Positions 51,901 to 61,291 of a stretch of DNA of 64,000 nucleotides are shown here, piece by piece. Below the pieces are notes generated by a model. That model was not told the DNA's origin, did not search any database, and saw nothing but the letters and a program-made list of their open reading frames with translations. The stretch is from the NCBI GenBank assembly GCA_947169885.1, contig CAMVRM010000005.1, positions 26,327 to 90,326 of the forward strand, in the 5' to 3' direction. The translations under genes and the position numbers were made by a program. The stretch comes from an uncultured Ruminococcus sp. (GTDB lineage Bacteria; Bacillota; Clostridia; Oscillospirales; Ruminococcaceae). The first letter of the stretch is position 1. Every line of letters starts with the position of its first letter.

Positions 51901-52179
51901 TTATTGGGTTCTTTTTCGCTTTAAAATAAGAATAGTCGTTATTTGCCGATCTAATATATTATACCAAGTTATATTATATCACAAATTGCTCATAATTTCA
52001 AGTGATTTTTTTTATTATTCACAATATTTACATTTCGCATAAAAATAGCCCCGAATATCTGTATGAAAAGACAATAAAAAAACCGCAGTACTCCCCTGCC
52101 CTGCGGCAAAAAAAGCACTGCGGTCTGTTATGTTTCAGATATGGCACTATACTATTAATAATATAGCTTATGTGCCGCT

Positions 52180-52944
52180 TTAAGCCATTGGAAGTTCACG
52201 CTTGATAAACAGGTCATAGGCGTTGTCGCCGATAGCCTTTGTCGAAGCCACGTCCATTGCGCCCCCGAAAACGCCGCCGGCGATCGGAACTGTGTCCAGT
52301 ACCTTGACGGTGTGTTTCAGGATAAACTTAGCGATAAAACGAAAATCCATTTTCCAGCCCATAGAACCGAAAACTTTGTTCGGTATCACGTCAGCCGCCT
52401 GAGTTGTGAAATTTCTTGCAGTTTCGGTGTGTATCTTCGCAAGGATTTTCGGAGCGTCCCTGCCCGTCAGACAAACGTAAACAAGCGCTTTCGTTTCCTC
52501 CGAGTTCAGATCAAAACCGCCAAGCCGTGCGACTGCCGCCGCCATGCGTATCTGCATATAGAGCAGGCTGGAAATATTCGCAGGGATAGTCACGGGCATG
52601 GTGATAAAACCGCCCAGCCCCGTCAGAAAGCCCGATGCGCCGCATTTGGTGATCTGCGCATTGATGAGCGCCTTTGCCGCTTTCGGGGCGGTCGGATAGC
52701 GCCGTGTGTAGACCGCCGCCAACTCCTCAACGCTTCCGCTGTGAGCCTTTGGTATGCCCGACATTGCCTTTTTGTAGAGGTCGTCAAGCATCATGAGCAG
52801 GATATTCTCGTCGATTATCTCGCTTGTGCGGAACCTTGTCTGCTCGTTTATCTTCTCTTTGACAGCCTTGCCCTTTTCAAACGCCGTCTTTCCGACTTTT
52901 TTCACTCCGTCAGCAGCCATTCCTGCCGTGCGTTTTATGTCCAT
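52180..52944 (-). CDS. EcsC-family protein
   Basis: 'GASGFLTGLGGFITMPVTIPANISSLLYMQIRMAAAVARLGGFDL' resembles the EcsC core. ATG at 52944 has a GAAAGG RBS. Confidence 0.55.
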   Translation of the reverse strand: MDIKRTAGMAADGVKKVGKTAFEKGKAVKEKINEQTRFRTSEIIDENILLMMLDDLYKKAMSGIPKAHSGSVEELAAVYTRRYPTAPKAAKALINAQITKCGASGFLTGLGGFITMPVTIPANISSLLYMQIRMAAAVARLGGFDLNSEETKALVYVCLTGRDAPKILAKIHTETARNFTTQAADVIPNKVFGSMGWKMDFRFIAKFILKHTVKVLDTVPIAGGVFGGAMDVASTKAIGDNAYDLFIKRELPMA

Positions 52945-53063
52945 TACGATACCTTTCTTTTTATAGATAACAGATGCGGTGTTAGTTTCGTTCACAGATA
53001 TTTATAAATATTCGGCGAAGCCGCACCTTATCTTTTATCTGTTATCTTTCACCTATTATCTGT

Positions 53064-54233
53064 TTAGTTGTTCGGCTTGTCGATAGTTGCGTAGCGCTTT
53101 CTGAAATCGTCCTTGATAGCTTCAAGACGCTGTTTGTCCTCTATGCGCTGTTTGCGTGCGTCCTGCTCGATCTGCTTTGTTTCCTCGATGCCGTCCATGA
53201 TAGTTTTCCATGTGGTTTCAAGAGTGTCTACCGAGATAGAGCTTCCCGAAGCGAGCCTTGCGGTCATCTTCGACTGTTCAACAGTATTCTGAGCATTTTT
53301 GATGAGCAGTTCGTTGGTCTTTGCATCAAGTGCCGCCATTGATTCTGCCTGTATCTTCTGACGTTTCAGGAGTATTGCCTGAGCGAGCGCCTGCTTGAAC
53401 ACAGGAAGTGTGATGATGAATGCCGAACTTATCTTTCTTACCAGATTGTAGTTCGAGAACTCCATGGTTTTCAGCATGGGAACAGACTGCATTGCGATGC
53501 TCTCTGCGGTGCGAAGATCCTGAGTGCGCTGTTCCATCATCATGAGTGCCTGATTCAGATTCTGTAACTCAAAGTGTATCGAGTTGTCGCCCGTTGCCGC
53601 AAGGTCAGCCTCACGCTTCTTGATGTATTCTTCCAGTTCCCTGCAAGCCTGCTCACCTGCAAGGATATATTTTACAAGCTCCTGATAGTAGCCCACGTTC
53701 GCATCGAACAGCATTGCAAGCTTTCTGTTCGACTGCTTGATCTCTTCTTCGTACTGTTTCAGCTGAACATATATCTCGTCAACTGCGCCGCCCATAGAGT
53801 GATACTTCATCAGCACCTTATCCAGCGGATCCTTGGGCTTGCCGAACAGTCTTCTCAGCTTTGAAGGTTCTTCACGTATCTCGTCAATGTCGAACTGCTG
53901 CATGATGCCTGCGAGTATCTCCATCAGCTTTGCGCTTTCGTCTATCTGCTTCATGTTGGTGCTTTTGAGAACTGTGTCGGCAACTTTTGAGATCTCCTCC
54001 GCTGCCCCTGCTCCGAAGCCCACGATCGTACTCATATCGTTTATATCAACAGTGCTGACCAGTGCGTCTACCTCGGGAGAGTTGACAAGCTGGTTGTTCA
54101 TTTCCTGCCTTGCCTCAACGATGTCGAAAGTCTCCTGAGGTGCTTCCTCAGTAACTGCCGCCTTTGTTTCTGCTGCCTTTGCTGCCTGCTGTGCCGCTGC
54201 TGCGGACTTTGAAAAATCCAATCCCATGTTCAT
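53064..54233 (-). CDS. telA: TelA/YaaN-family toxic-anion-resistance protein
   Basis: 389-aa all-helical protein. 'MKYHSMGGAVDEIYVQLKQYEEEIKQSNRKLAMLFDAN' is typical of TelA. ATGA overlap with the upstream gene. Confidence 0.75.
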   Translation of the reverse strand: MNMGLDFSKSAAAAQQAAKAAETKAAVTEEAPQETFDIVEARQEMNNQLVNSPEVDALVSTVDINDMSTIVGFGAGAAEEISKVADTVLKSTNMKQIDESAKLMEILAGIMQQFDIDEIREEPSKLRRLFGKPKDPLDKVLMKYHSMGGAVDEIYVQLKQYEEEIKQSNRKLAMLFDANVGYYQELVKYILAGEQACRELEEYIKKREADLAATGDNSIHFELQNLNQALMMMEQRTQDLRTAESIAMQSVPMLKTMEFSNYNLVRKISSAFIITLPVFKQALAQAILLKRQKIQAESMAALDAKTNELLIKNAQNTVEQSKMTARLASGSSISVDTLETTWKTIMDGIEETKQIEQDARKQRIEDKQRLEAIKDDFRKRYATIDKPNN

Positions 54234-56794
54234 TTTCCTTTCTTAAAAAACTTAAAGAATGATCCCGATCTTTTTGCTGCCTGCTTTCTCAGGTCGGGTA
54301 CCCTAAGATCGTAAAGATACGTACCGATCTGATGTTCCTCCATTATATCGCCGTTAAAATGTTTTTCCATGCTCTGATAGCCTGTCGGAACGAACAACGC
54401 AACATCGCACCCCAGAACGCTGAGATACGCTGCGATTATCGCATCTTCAACGGGTATGCTCTGTTTGCCGGTGTGTATATAGATAAGCTTCGGGTTTGTT
54501 TTTGTGAAGTCGAAGCTTTGCAGCTTTCTTATGATATATTCATCAAGGTTCAGGCAGACTGCTATTATTATCTGCTCTGCTCCCTGAGTGAAAGTCCCCT
54601 TTATCATGCGGCTGTCGATAAGCAGCTGGAGTTTGTCGAGCATATGTTCCAGCATTTCCTCACGGATAAAGCCGTATTTGAACTGCGGATGCGAGGTTAT
54701 AACATCACGGCGCAGTTTTCCGTTTCTGAAAAACTCTGGGTCGTTAGCCCAGCCGAACCTGCCTTTCAGGTCGCCGCTGTGAACAAGGGGCGGCATGGTG
54801 ACGAGCATCGTGTCATCGTTGATGAGTTCAGCGATGCTGTCCCAGTAGGCGCTTTCATCGCCGTCCTTAACGCCCGAAATTTTCGCAAAAACGGTCGGTA
54901 TATTCACCGTGTCACCGACTGTACTGAAATTCGGACGGTATTTCAGCTCGTTGCACCATATAAGACGTATCTCCTCATACATCGTTTTGAGTATGAGCGC
55001 ATTTGCTTTTTCGTACTGCTTGTTGCGGTAGAAGCCTGTTCCCTCATAGAGCGTTTTGTCAAGGTCACGTTCGGCATAGAATGCCGCCGTTCCGAGGTTC
55101 ACCTGTGAAGCGTCCTCGGGATATTTCTCAACGTGAAAGCTTTCCGAGTTGTTCTGCTCATAGAGAAGCTTGTCCTCCATACAGCAGGTGTCACGCTCAC
55201 GGTCGGGACAAAGCACCACAACATCTATCGGCAGACGTGACAGAAATCTCACGAACATTTCTTCCGCAAGAGTTTTACAGCCGCCCAGCAGCATGAAACA
55301 GCCGCACTCGCCCCAGCTCCACGGTTCTAAAAGCTGTTCCTGCCAGCGCCTGAACCAACAGAGCATATAAACTGCCGTGTCGGTAAGCTTTCTCAGGTCT
55401 GACTGCTGTGCCGATGCTTCGTACATAAGTTCCATGAACGCCGAGACCATGAGTTTCTGAAGCCCCGGGTCGTCCCTGTATCTCAACTTTGAACACATAT
55501 CCATGTAAAGGCTGTTTGGGTCGGGATAGCTTTTTGGGTCAAGTTCGCTTATCTCGCTGTTATCGGGGAGCGGTATGCCGTATTCGCATATGACGGGGGT
55601 TATGTCACGGCTTATGAGGTCGAGCCTTGTCAGGTAAAGCTCGTTCATATAGCCTGCCCTGTCCCACACGCCTTTGACACGCATAAAAATATTATAGAAC
55701 AGCTGTTCGTCATTGCCCCTCTGCGCCGCAGGTTTTAGCATATCGTCAAGTTCATATCCTACTATCCACGCATTGGTGCAAGCCATAGGTTCACGGTCGA
55801 TATCCGCACGCTTCCGGCGGTTTCGCTTTTTCTCTGCAACACGTTCGTCCTCGGGGGGCTGGCGCATATCCTCCATGCCGTAGCCCCTGGGGAACTTGAC
55901 CGATCCCGGGAAAAACAGCAGTTCCGAAAACTCCGACTGAGGGTCGGCATTCAGGTAAATATCATCGCCGCCGTACTCCACCAGCAGAACATCACAGCCT
56001 GCCTTTGACATGGTAGACAGCATGAGCAGGTCATGTATAGTTATACTGCCGTCATAGAGTATCTTCGGTACGTCCATGCTTCCGAGCCGTGTGCTGACTT
56101 CGGAAAAACTCTGTTTCAGGGTACACATATAGCGCACGTAGCAGTTTTTCACGCCGCCCTCAGTCATGCCCTGCGAGAGCAGATAGTTCAGCGTGTCCAT
56201 GAGCGCCCCCGAAAGTGCGCTTCTCTGCCGAGGGTCGAGCAAGGGCAGCCACTTCGAGAGCGACTGCGAGATAAAGCGAGCCTCTCTAACAAAGCCGTAG
56301 CCCAGTTTCAGTTCAAATTCTCTGCGTGTCTCGGCGCTGACGGGGGGAAGTCTGCCCTCGATAAGCGTGCCGCATTTCTGAGCGGCGGCGCAGTATCTGC
56401 GGAGAAAGCCGTCTACCTCATCGCTGTAACCTGCCGCACGGCAAAAATACACCGTGTCGCCCATTCTGACGTTCATCGTCCTGAAAAAATCATCGGGCGA
56501 AGTAACATTTCGTCTGACATAAGTTTCCGATGAAAAAGCGTAGCCGTTGCGCTGTGAGGTCTGCGTTGTGCTTCGCCTGTTATACTGCGAAGTACCCTGT
56601 GCCGCATGAGCGTTCGCCATAGTCGGGTCGGGAGCAGAGCGTCCGTAAGCGCCCTGAGCGTTATTGCCGCTGTAATTATTATAATTGGTATCGTTATTGT
56701 AATTATTGTTTGTATCAAGTCTCAGCGAATATCCGTGGCGCATAAGAAAACTGTTGAGCCTGAATATCAGCCGTTCGATAAAAGGGTTTCTCAT
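54230..56794 (-). CDS. yceG: YceG-like protein (large, TelA-associated) with N/Y/Q-rich disordered N-terminus
   Basis: 854 aa, translationally coupled to telA as in the B. subtilis yceG-yceH pair. The family call rests partly on synteny. N-terminus is 'NNNYNNDTNYNNYSGNNAQGAYG...'. Confidence 0.5.
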   Translation of the reverse strand: MRNPFIERLIFRLNSFLMRHGYSLRLDTNNNYNNDTNYNNYSGNNAQGAYGRSAPDPTMANAHAAQGTSQYNRRSTTQTSQRNGYAFSSETYVRRNVTSPDDFFRTMNVRMGDTVYFCRAAGYSDEVDGFLRRYCAAAQKCGTLIEGRLPPVSAETRREFELKLGYGFVREARFISQSLSKWLPLLDPRQRSALSGALMDTLNYLLSQGMTEGGVKNCYVRYMCTLKQSFSEVSTRLGSMDVPKILYDGSITIHDLLMLSTMSKAGCDVLLVEYGGDDIYLNADPQSEFSELLFFPGSVKFPRGYGMEDMRQPPEDERVAEKKRNRRKRADIDREPMACTNAWIVGYELDDMLKPAAQRGNDEQLFYNIFMRVKGVWDRAGYMNELYLTRLDLISRDITPVICEYGIPLPDNSEISELDPKSYPDPNSLYMDMCSKLRYRDDPGLQKLMVSAFMELMYEASAQQSDLRKLTDTAVYMLCWFRRWQEQLLEPWSWGECGCFMLLGGCKTLAEEMFVRFLSRLPIDVVVLCPDRERDTCCMEDKLLYEQNNSESFHVEKYPEDASQVNLGTAAFYAERDLDKTLYEGTGFYRNKQYEKANALILKTMYEEIRLIWCNELKYRPNFSTVGDTVNIPTVFAKISGVKDGDESAYWDSIAELINDDTMLVTMPPLVHSGDLKGRFGWANDPEFFRNGKLRRDVITSHPQFKYGFIREEMLEHMLDKLQLLIDSRMIKGTFTQGAEQIIIAVCLNLDEYIIRKLQSFDFTKTNPKLIYIHTGKQSIPVEDAIIAAYLSVLGCDVALFVPTGYQSMEKHFNGDIMEEHQIGTYLYDLRVPDLRKQAAKRSGSFFKFFKKGK

Positions 56795-57069
56795 TTGTTT
56801 AAGCCGTTCCTGTCTTTCTTCTGATCGTCCGAGTTTATAAATTCCCTAAATATCATACCATAAAACCGCCCAAATTTCAATATACATTTTTGATAAATCC
56901 GCACAAACAACTTTGTATATTTTATAAACGCTATGTCACAAACCGCTTGTTTTGCCGAATATTTTTATATATTTTCACAAAACATACATATTAATATGGT
57001 AAACTTAAACAGATAATTATTATTGCTGATAATATATAAGACAAACATTTTTCCACGGAGGTTGATTTT

Positions 57070-57744
57070 ATGCCAAAAATACTTATAGTTGACGATGAGG
57101 AACGCATACGCTCGCTCATCAGGGAATACGCCGAGTTTTCGGAGTTTGAAGTGACAGAAGCCGCTGACGGCATGGAGGCAGTTGAAGCGGTCAGAAAAGA
57201 CAGCTTCGACATCATCGTTATGGACGTTATGATGCCCAGACTTGACGGTTATTCCGCCTGCAAGGAGATAAAGAAGATAAAGGACATTCCCGTTATAATG
57301 CTGTCGGCAAGGGGCGAAGAATATGACAAGCTGTTCGGCTTTGAGATAGGCGTTGACGATTATGTAACAAAGCCGTTCTCTCCGAAAGAACTTATGGCAC
57401 GCATCCGTGCGGTCATGAACCGTGCGGCAGGCTCGAAAAAGACCGAAGATGTTATAACATATCAGGGGCTGGTCATCAATTTCACCGCCCGTGAAGTGAC
57501 GATAGACGGCAAAAAGGCTCAGATGACCCCGAAGGAATATGACCTGCTGTTCTATCTCGTCCGCAATATGAACATAGCGCTTTCAAGAGAAAAACTGCTC
57601 GAAGAAGTATGGGGATTCGATTTCTACGGCGATGACCGCACAGTCGACACACATATCAAGATGCTCCGCAACAGCTTAGGACCCTACCGCAATCTTATCG
57701 TGACGCTAAGAGGTATGGGCTATAAGTTTGAAAAGATCAACTGA
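57070..57744 (+). CDS. OmpR/PhoB-family response regulator
   Basis: REC 'ILIVDDEERIR...DIIVMDVMMPRLDG' plus a winged-helix 'TPKEYDLLFYL...RTVDTHIKMLR...LRGMGYKF'. Confidence 0.9.
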   Translation: MPKILIVDDEERIRSLIREYAEFSEFEVTEAADGMEAVEAVRKDSFDIIVMDVMMPRLDGYSACKEIKKIKDIPVIMLSARGEEYDKLFGFEIGVDDYVTKPFSPKELMARIRAVMNRAAGSKKTEDVITYQGLVINFTAREVTIDGKKAQMTPKEYDLLFYLVRNMNIALSREKLLEEVWGFDFYGDDRTVDTHIKMLRNSLGPYRNLIVTLRGMGYKFEKIN

Positions 57745-59206
57745 CCCCATGAACATAAAAGTGCCCGCACCCCGCAGGCAAAAGAAAAAAAAGCCGCTGA
57801 AAATATATGTCTGGATATACTTCATGGTGCTTGTCATCTGCATACTTCTTCTGCTGTGGGTGTTCCAGTATTTCTTTCTTCCGAAATATTACCGTGCCGC
57901 AAAGATACGTGAAGTGACTGCATCTGCAAACAGCCTTATCGAACACTTTGGTAATGATGACATTCAGAGCTATGCACGAAAAGTGACTTTCAACCAGAAT
58001 ATGTTTATACTCATAACCGATTCGGCAGGCGGCGACATCGTGCTTGAAAACAACATGGGAAACTACTCGTTTTTCAGCAACGATAAAAACGGCAACTTCG
58101 GCAAGACCCTCTATCAGCTTCGTCAGCAGGTGGAGGAAGAACAGGTCAACATAACAAAGATAGTCCGCTCGGACGAATTTGACTTAGACGAGATATTCTA
58201 TTGTTCAAGCTTTCAGTCGGGCGGCGAGACTTACTACATCTATGCGGAAGCGCCTATCGAGCCGATAGATTCAACTGTCAGCATAATACGTGAACAGCTG
58301 ATATATATATCGGTCATTCTGTTTGAACTTGCGTTCATTGCAACTGTGCTGATCTCACGTCAGATTTCACGCCCGATCGAGGACATAACCGAAACAGCGA
58401 AAAAGTTCGGCGAGGGTGACTATGACGTTGAGTTCAAGGCTGAGGGCTACCGTGAGATAGAGGAGCTTGCAGGCGTGCTGGACAAGGCGAGAGGCGAGGT
58501 CAAGAAAGTCACCGACCTGAAAAAAGAACTTATCGCCAACATTTCTCATGACCTGAGAACGCCGCTCACAATGGTCAAGGCTTATGCCGAAATGATACGT
58601 GACCTTTCCGGCAACAATCCCGAAAAGCGTGAAAAGCACTGTCAGATAATCATTGACGAAGCGGACAGACTGTCAAACCTTGTCAACTCGATACTGGAAC
58701 TTTCAAAGCTGGAAAGCGGCACAATGGAACTTACCCTTTCAAGCTATTCGGTGAACGAGCAGATAGAGAGCGTCCTGACACGCTACACGCTGATGATAGA
58801 GCAGGACGGCTATGATATAAGCTACATTCCCGATGAAGAACGATTCATAAGAGCCGATCATGACAAGCTGGGTCAGGTGCTGTACAACTTCATCAACAAC
58901 GCCATAAATTACAGCGGCGACGAAAAGCACATCAAGATACGTCAGATAAACAAGCCGAACGTTGTGCGCATCGAAGTTGAGGACAACGGTCAGGGCATTC
59001 CGAAAGACAAGCTGTCCGAGGTGTTCGACCGCTATTACCGCGGCGGAAAAGTCAAGCGTGAAACTGTCGGCACGGGTCTTGGACTGTCGATCTGTCAGGA
59101 GATACTCAAAAAGCACAACTTTGCGTTCGGCGTTCAGAGCGAAGAAGGCAAAGGCTCGACTTTCTGGTTTGAAGCCGACATCGACACAAAAGAAGATAAA
59201 AGATGA
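57728..59206 (+). CDS. sensor histidine kinase (2 TM, HAMP, HisKA, HATPase_c)
   Basis: H-box 'ISHDLRTPLTM', 'NFINNAINYSG', 'GTGLGLSI'. Start is ambiguous: TTG at 57728 overlaps the RR gene, or ATG at 57749. Confidence 0.85.
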   Translation: MKRSTDPMNIKVPAPRRQKKKKPLKIYVWIYFMVLVICILLLLWVFQYFFLPKYYRAAKIREVTASANSLIEHFGNDDIQSYARKVTFNQNMFILITDSAGGDIVLENNMGNYSFFSNDKNGNFGKTLYQLRQQVEEEQVNITKIVRSDEFDLDEIFYCSSFQSGGETYYIYAEAPIEPIDSTVSIIREQLIYISVILFELAFIATVLISRQISRPIEDITETAKKFGEGDYDVEFKAEGYREIEELAGVLDKARGEVKKVTDLKKELIANISHDLRTPLTMVKAYAEMIRDLSGNNPEKREKHCQIIIDEADRLSNLVNSILELSKLESGTMELTLSSYSVNEQIESVLTRYTLMIEQDGYDISYIPDEERFIRADHDKLGQVLYNFINNAINYSGDEKHIKIRQINKPNVVRIEVEDNGQGIPKDKLSEVFDRYYRGGKVKRETVGTGLGLSICQEILKKHNFAFGVQSEEGKGSTFWFEADIDTKEDKR

Positions 59207-59313
59207 TAGATAAAAGATAAGGTATCGCTTTCAGCGATGTATTTGAATTGGCTGAACAAACCATTCAGATACGTCCGCATTTGCGGACACCTTATCTTTT
59301 ATTCATCTGTTAT

Positions 59314-59345
59314 AAAAAAAGGCTGTCCCTGTTACGGAACAGCCC
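59314..59345 (-). terminator. intrinsic terminator of the HPr gene
   Basis: Minus-strand GGCTGTTCC-gtaaca-GGGACAGCC followed by T7. Confidence 0.7.
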
Positions 59346-59384
59346 TTTATCTATCCTGTTGAAAAATACCCAACGCCCGAAAGC

Positions 59385-59657
59385 TTATCTTGCTTCCTCA
59401 GAGAAACCGCTGTCGATCAGCTCGATGAGACCGTCAACTGCTGCTTCCTCGTCAGCGCCGTCAGCAATGATCCTTACCTTGGTGCCGCCAACGATACCGA
59501 GGGAAAGAATACCGAGCAGGCTCTTTGCGTTTACTCTTCTGTCATCTTTCTCGATCCAAATGGACGACTTGAATTCGTTAGCCTTCTGGATGAAGAAAGT
59601 CGCAGGGCGAGCGTGAAGACCTACCTGATTCTGAACTACTACTTCTTTAACGTGCAT
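59385..59657 (-). CDS. ptsH: HPr-family phosphocarrier protein
   Basis: 'MHVKEVVVQNQVGLHARPATFF...VNAKSLLGILSLG' carries the His15 and Ser46 contexts. ATG at 59657 has a GAGAGG RBS. Confidence 0.85.
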   Translation of the reverse strand: MHVKEVVVQNQVGLHARPATFFIQKANEFKSSIWIEKDDRRVNAKSLLGILSLGIVGGTKVRIIADGADEEAAVDGLIELIDSGFSEEAR

Positions 59658-59949
59658 AATAAAACCTCTCCATTCATAAATTCTTTGAAGTGGGCTCCGC
59701 TTTGATCCACGCAGCGGAGAGCTGTCGTACATCTATTTGTACCGTTTGCCTATAATATATTATAGCGCAGTATTTTCGTTTCGTCAACACGAAAATTGAC
59801 CAAAGCAGTAAATTTTCAAAAAATTCTGTTGTTTTGACAAATCCGAAAGTAAAAGGGGGGATTTAGATTGTGCAAACTCTATAATGACTTTTAGCGTTTT
59901 AGTTAATTTGTACAATCATTTTTCATATTTATACCAAGTTAAATATCAA

Positions 59950-60705
59950 TTATACATTTTCTTTCAAAGATTTTTCATATTCATTGTGCAGAATTTCCAA
60001 ATCTTTGTCAGAAAGCTTTGCTCTGACCTCGGGACGTTCAAGCAATTCCGGGCGCTTGTGCAAAGTTGTCAGAAGTGCCTGTTCATGCCGCCATTTTGCA
60101 ATATTCGCATGGTGTCCCGAAAGCAGTATCGGCGGCACAGCTTCGCCCTCCCACACTTCGGGACGGGTATACTGCGGATATTCCAGCAAGCCGTTGAAGT
60201 GGCTCTCGTCCTCGTAGCAGTCGGGACGATCCAGCACGCCCTCGAGCATTCTCGCCACGCAGTCGATAAGCACCAGCGCAGGCAGTTCGCCGCCCGTCAG
60301 GACATAATCGCCGATCGACACTTCCTCGTCAACGATGCGGTCAAGCACTCGCTGGTCAACGCCCTCATAATGCCCGCACAGGATAAAAATATCGCTCATC
60401 TGTGCAAGTTCGATCGCACGTTTCTGCGTGAGCGTTTTTCCCTGCGGCGACATATATATAACGTGCGGCTTGCGGTCGCCTGCGACAGCCTTGTAGCAAT
60501 CGTAGATAGGCTGAGCCTGCATGAGCATACCCTTGCACTCGCTGTACGGAGTATCGTCAACACGGCGGTGCTTATCCTTTGTGTAGTCACGGATATTGTG
60601 GCAGTGCGCCTCGAACAGACCGCTCCGCCTTGCCCTGCCGATAACGCTTTCGTTGAGAGCCGTTTCGATAAAGTCGGGGAAAAGTGTTGCAATATCAAAT
60701 CTCAT
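59950..60705 (-). CDS. trmD: tRNA (guanine37-N1)-methyltransferase
   Basis: 'MRFDIATLFPDF...GRA...VDDTPYSECKGMLM...YEGVDQRV...SIGDYVLTGGELPALV' is the canonical TrmD sequence. Confidence 0.95.
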   Translation of the reverse strand: MRFDIATLFPDFIETALNESVIGRARRSGLFEAHCHNIRDYTKDKHRRVDDTPYSECKGMLMQAQPIYDCYKAVAGDRKPHVIYMSPQGKTLTQKRAIELAQMSDIFILCGHYEGVDQRVLDRIVDEEVSIGDYVLTGGELPALVLIDCVARMLEGVLDRPDCYEDESHFNGLLEYPQYTRPEVWEGEAVPPILLSGHHANIAKWRHEQALLTTLHKRPELLERPEVRAKLSDKDLEILHNEYEKSLKENV

Positions 60706-60714
60706 ATACGCACC

Positions 60715-61227
60715 TCAAATGTCGAACAAGCCGTTCAGAGGGGTTATGAGCATAACGCCGCCGTCAATATCCACGCTGTCGACAACATCGGGTATAGCAG
60801 GAACGAGCAGAACTTTACCCTCAGCAGTTTTCACATGATAAACGTCATTAGCGCCCGTTTCGGTAACATCGGTAAGTGTTCCGTACACCTCGCCTGTTTT
60901 TGTGTCCCTGACTTCAAGCCCGATAAGATCGGCGATGAACCAGCTCCCCTCCTCCAGTTCAACATCATTCCTGTCCATGTAAAGCACATGATTGCGGAGT
61001 TTCTGTGCGTCCTCTGGGGTGTCGCAGCCTGCAAGTTTCAGCACCGCCATATTTTTCTGCACACGGGCGTGTTCGACTGCAACAGGCGTTCCGCTTTTCC
61101 AGTAAAGCGTATCAAATTCGCAGAGCAGTTCGGGCGAATCGCACATCGGGTAAACCTTGACTTCGCCTTTAAGCCCCACTATCGAGGTTATCTTGCCTAT
61201 TTCGAGATACTGTTTTCTTTCAGCCAT
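60715..61227 (-). CDS. rimM: 16S rRNA processing protein RimM
   Basis: ATG at 61227 (AAGGAGA RBS) gives 'MAERKQYLEIGKITSIVGLKGEVKV'. PRC-barrel C-terminus. Located upstream of trmD. Confidence 0.9.
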   Translation of the reverse strand: MAERKQYLEIGKITSIVGLKGEVKVYPMCDSPELLCEFDTLYWKSGTPVAVEHARVQKNMAVLKLAGCDTPEDAQKLRNHVLYMDRNDVELEEGSWFIADLIGLEVRDTKTGEVYGTLTDVTETGANDVYHVKTAEGKVLLVPAIPDVVDSVDIDGGVMLITPLNGLFDI

Positions 61228-61291
61228 ATTTTTTCTCCTTGATATGAATTTACTATAAATGAGCAGATTTGACAATTTGCACAAAAGTGAA

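Noticed and set aside
59884-61242. A 452-codon plus-strand ORF lies opposite trmD and rimM.
   Set aside because: It has the same codon-aligned antisense geometry. The minus strand encodes textbook TrmD and RimM sequences, and the plus-strand product has no recognisable motifs.
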